From: Acidobacteriota bacterium
GTDB lineage: Bacteria > Acidobacteriota > UBA890
Assembly: GCA_965214245.1 (NCBI GenBank)
Contig: CBDCBL010000005.1
Location: 28,657 to 92,656 of the forward strand
Reading direction: 5' to 3'
Length of the DNA: 64,000 nucleotides
In this document: positions 61,374 through 64,000 of the stretch, piece by piece
Position numbering within the stretch: position 1 is the first letter of the stretch
How the letters are laid out: every line of letters starts with the position of its first letter
Made by a program: the position numbers and the translations under genes
The notes under the pieces: generated by a model
Told to the model about the DNA's origin: nothing
The model's input: only the letters and a program-made list of their open reading frames with translations
Databases searched by the model: none

Positions 61374-62741
61374 GGATGTGTCCCGAAGTTTGTAGAAAAT
61401 CGTCTGGCGTGGCTCCGAGCTTGGACGTTTGATGTTACCTGCTACGCGGCCAACTCCTCCTGTTGGTCGATGATCGCGGCGAGATGCCGGTACCCGTCGA
61501 TGCGGCGCATGCGGATCTGCCCGAAGGCGATCAGCCCCCACAGCAGCGTCACCCCGGCCGCCTCGGTGCTGAACGATCCCTGGGTCTTGGTACGGCGACG
61601 GAACTCGCGGTTGAGGTTCTCCAGTGGGTTCGTCGTGCGCAGCGTCTTGCACATCGGTTTGGGGAACTCGTAGAAGGTCAGCAGCACCAGCCCCGCTTCC
61701 TCGAGGCTGCGCGCCACCGCCGGCACCAACCTCGACCACTTGCGCACGAAGTTGCTGTACGCGGCCCTCGCCTCGCTGCCGTTTGCCGCCTTCACGATGC
61801 GGTCCCAGTCTCGTTTCAGCTCGTCGTGGGCGTGTGACGGGCAATGCTTCAACAGATTCTTCCACTTGTGCTGAAGGCAGCGCTGCACCTTCGCTTCGGG
61901 CCACACCGTCGTCGCCTTGGCCAGCCCTTTGTGGCCGTCGGCGATGATCAGCCGGGGCGGCCGAAGACCTCTTTGCTCTAGGTCCTCGATCAGCCACTTC
62001 CAGTGACACCCGGCCTCCGAAGCGGCCCGACGCAACGCCACCAACACCTTGCGCCCATCTTCCGCCACTCCCAGCGCGGCGAAGATCGGCACCGACACGA
62101 CCTGCCGCGCCAACCTCACCTTCAGGTGGAACCCGTCCAGGTACACGATCGGGTACGACTCACCGGTCAGATCGCGCTCGCACCACGTCCCGAACAGCTT
62201 CTTCAGCCGCCCCACCACCCTCGAGATCGCGCTCTTCGAGAGGTTCGCTTCACCCAGCAGCGGCGCGAGCGCCTTGCGGATCCGTCGGCTATTTGCACCC
62301 GCCAGGTACACCCCTAGAATCGCCTCGTCGACTTCCTCGGTGCGCCGTTGATACCGCGGCAGGATCGTGCTGCGGAACTCCCCGGTGCTGCCGTCCTCTC
62401 GCAGCAGCCGTCCCCGTGGTACCTCCAGATCCTGCGGCCCCTGCGCCATCGTGATCTGCCGCCGATACGTCCCGTGCCGATATCCTCGCCGCGAGCCGTT
62501 GCGCTCGTACGGCCCGCATCCCAACGCCTCGGCGAGCTCCTCCTCAAGCGTGATCGTAATCGCCTCCTGGATGCGGCTGTGCAGCAGCTCCTGGATGGCG
62601 CTACGGAACTCGATGACCGATACCTCTCCCGTGCTACCGTTGCTCATGGTGTGACCTCCTTGTTGTCGCCGTTTCCAGCGACTCGTTTTTCCTGCTCGGA
62701 GGTTACGCCATTTCTTTTTCTACAGGACTCGGGACGGATCC
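61374..62741 (-). mobile_element. IS256-family insertion sequence
   Basis: 26-bp imperfect IRs GGATGTGTCCCGAAGTTTGTAGAAAA vs GGATCCGTCCCGAGTCCTGTAGAAAA; flanks GTTACGTT / TCTACGTT (partial TSD). Confidence 0.88.
61442..62647 (-). CDS. IS256-family transposase (intact ORF)
   Basis: GYRHG, LEVPRGR, YLDG, IIADGHKGL, QRCLQH, LRTTNPLENLNREFRRR. Confidence 0.95.
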   Translation of the reverse strand: MSNGSTGEVSVIEFRSAIQELLHSRIQEAITITLEEELAEALGCGPYERNGSRRGYRHGTYRRQITMAQGPQDLEVPRGRLLREDGSTGEFRSTILPRYQRRTEEVDEAILGVYLAGANSRRIRKALAPLLGEANLSKSAISRVVGRLKKLFGTWCERDLTGESYPIVYLDGFHLKVRLARQVVSVPIFAALGVAEDGRKVLVALRRAASEAGCHWKWLIEDLEQRGLRPPRLIIADGHKGLAKATTVWPEAKVQRCLQHKWKNLLKHCPSHAHDELKRDWDRIVKAANGSEARAAYSNFVRKWSRLVPAVARSLEEAGLVLLTFYEFPKPMCKTLRTTNPLENLNREFRRRTKTQGSFSTEAAGVTLLWGLIAFGQIRMRRIDGYRHLAAIIDQQEELAA

Positions 62742-62949
62742 TCTACGTTCAACGGGGGGCACTGTCAACTCAACGAAGCTGTGGCGAGATCGGCCAGTCT
62801 CGGCCGCGCGACGCCCCGAGCGTGCGCAGCAGAACGCCCTGCGCCATAGCGGTCGGGCTGCTCGGACACGCCGTTCCCGTCCGTCTCATCAAGGTCGAGG
62901 GATCGAACAACACAGAGAAAGGGGCGGGGGATCTTGCGCCGCGGGCGGA

Positions 62950-63999
62950 TCAGTACATGCGGATCCGTAGCACGCGCACTGGAGCGCTACCGACGCCCGG
63001 GCGGATGAAAACACCGACGACGCCCGAAGCGAAGCGACGAATCGAAAGCTCTATGTGAAACGTCTGCGCACCGTCCGGTGTCACGGGCATGCGGGTCGCG
63101 ACCAGCTCCTGCCCTGTCGACTCGAAGTCGAGGACGAGTGCCGCGCCCTCATCGGCCGGGGCGACGACGACGTCGAGTGTGCGGTCGAAGGTGCCGAGTG
63201 GTGGTAGAAACAAGCTCGCGCCGGTCGCTGGGAGCATCAGACCAGGCCGCCGATCGGGGTCTTTGGACCATTCGGGGCCTAGGAAGTCGAAAGCCTTGTT
63301 GCCGTCCAAGCGCACGTCGAGGGGTACATCGGCAGCGGGGATACTTGGCGCCTCGAAGATCGCGAAGTCGGGGCCCTGGTTGCCACCGACGAAGGCGTCG
63401 ATGGTGATGTATTCGACCCGTGTCAGCTCCTCGAGAATCGGATGACTGAGGAGCGTCTCCTGGACGACGATCCAGTCGTGCGCGCCGAGCGCATGAAGAC
63501 CGCCGTCGAGCCATTCCTGCAGCGAGGGGACACGATTCAGGTCGAACCGTCGACGGTCCAGATCGAGCCACCACCGCTGGATGAGAAGGCGGTCACCGGT
63601 CGACGTGTTGTTCTCGAGCCATTCCTCGGCGATCCGGTAGGTCGGCGTCGCGAAGCGGCGGTCCAACTCCGTGGCGGTGTGCCAGACGACAGGCGACACG
63701 AGCATGAGCGCCACGATTGGACCTGCGGCCCAGGCGAACCGGGGGGCGGGGCGGGCGGCAGCATCAGCACGCCGGCCCAGGTACGCCGTCACCGCCACGA
63801 GCCCCGCCGCGGCCGCGATCGCGGCGAACGGCGCCGCCGGGTACACCCAGCGTGGAAACTGCGAAGGGCGACCGGAGACGAACCCGATGTAAACAAGCGG
63901 ATACACCGCGAACAGCCACCAGCGCCATCTGCCCGCGGCGAGGTGATAGGCTATGGTGGCGGCGCCGAGAATGAGCAGCGGCCAGCCGACGACGCGGTT
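62950..63999 (-). CDS. Membrane glycosyltransferase-like protein (GT-C/ArnT-like), 3' part only
   Basis: Frame is open to the window edge; TM segments, FPRWVYP motif, then AEEWL...GDR soluble domain. Confidence 0.55.
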   Translation of the reverse strand, partial: NRVVGWPLLILGAATIAYHLAAGRWRWWLFAVYPLVYIGFVSGRPSQFPRWVYPAAPFAAIAAAAGLVAVTAYLGRRADAAARPAPRFAWAAGPIVALMLVSPVVWHTATELDRRFATPTYRIAEEWLENNTSTGDRLLIQRWWLDLDRRRFDLNRVPSLQEWLDGGLHALGAHDWIVVQETLLSHPILEELTRVEYITIDAFVGGNQGPDFAIFEAPSIPAADVPLDVRLDGNKAFDFLGPEWSKDPDRRPGLMLPATGASLFLPPLGTFDRTLDVVVAPADEGAALVLDFESTGQELVATRMPVTPDGAQTFHIELSIRRFASGVVGVFIRPGVGSAPVRVLRIRMY

Positions 64000-64000
64000 G

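Overview
High-GC (~65% by eye) bacterial chromosome segment, most consistent with Acidobacteriota (ADOP-type permease, DUF5916 protein, 'empty' quinoprotein, Tat-exported SelA-like protein). A Na+-type pyrophosphatase and very acidic S6/L25 tails hint at a saline habitat. The region 1-49.2 kb is mostly intact core genes: intein-containing dnaB, rplI-rpsR-rpsF, hppA, pth-rplY-prs-tRNA-Gln-ispE, a divergent dgt, glyA, transaldolase, acyl-CoA carboxylase, tamB-tamA/bamA-surA-holB-pdxA, smpB, folK, a sigma54 two-component system, polA and serS. The region 49.3-64 kb is accessory. Main findings: (1) a fully delimited IS1111-type (IS110 family) element with 12-bp sub-terminal IRs, a GAGG core, a circle-junction promoter and a 3' non-coding region containing candidate bridge-RNA guides that match its own target and donor ends; the reconstructed target encodes a Ser/Thr-kinase-like N-terminus (MVGKTLGHYEILEPLG); (2) an uncalled exported UxxC selenoprotein with a SECIS-like hairpin; (3) two ~155-nt rod-like hairpin elements with covarying base pairs and cUUCGg loops flanking an IS3 remnant; (4) a dGTPase homologue lacking its catalytic residues; (5) several small MITE/REP-like elements and pseudogenes. 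All calls come from motif recognition by eye; no database searches or folding programs were run.
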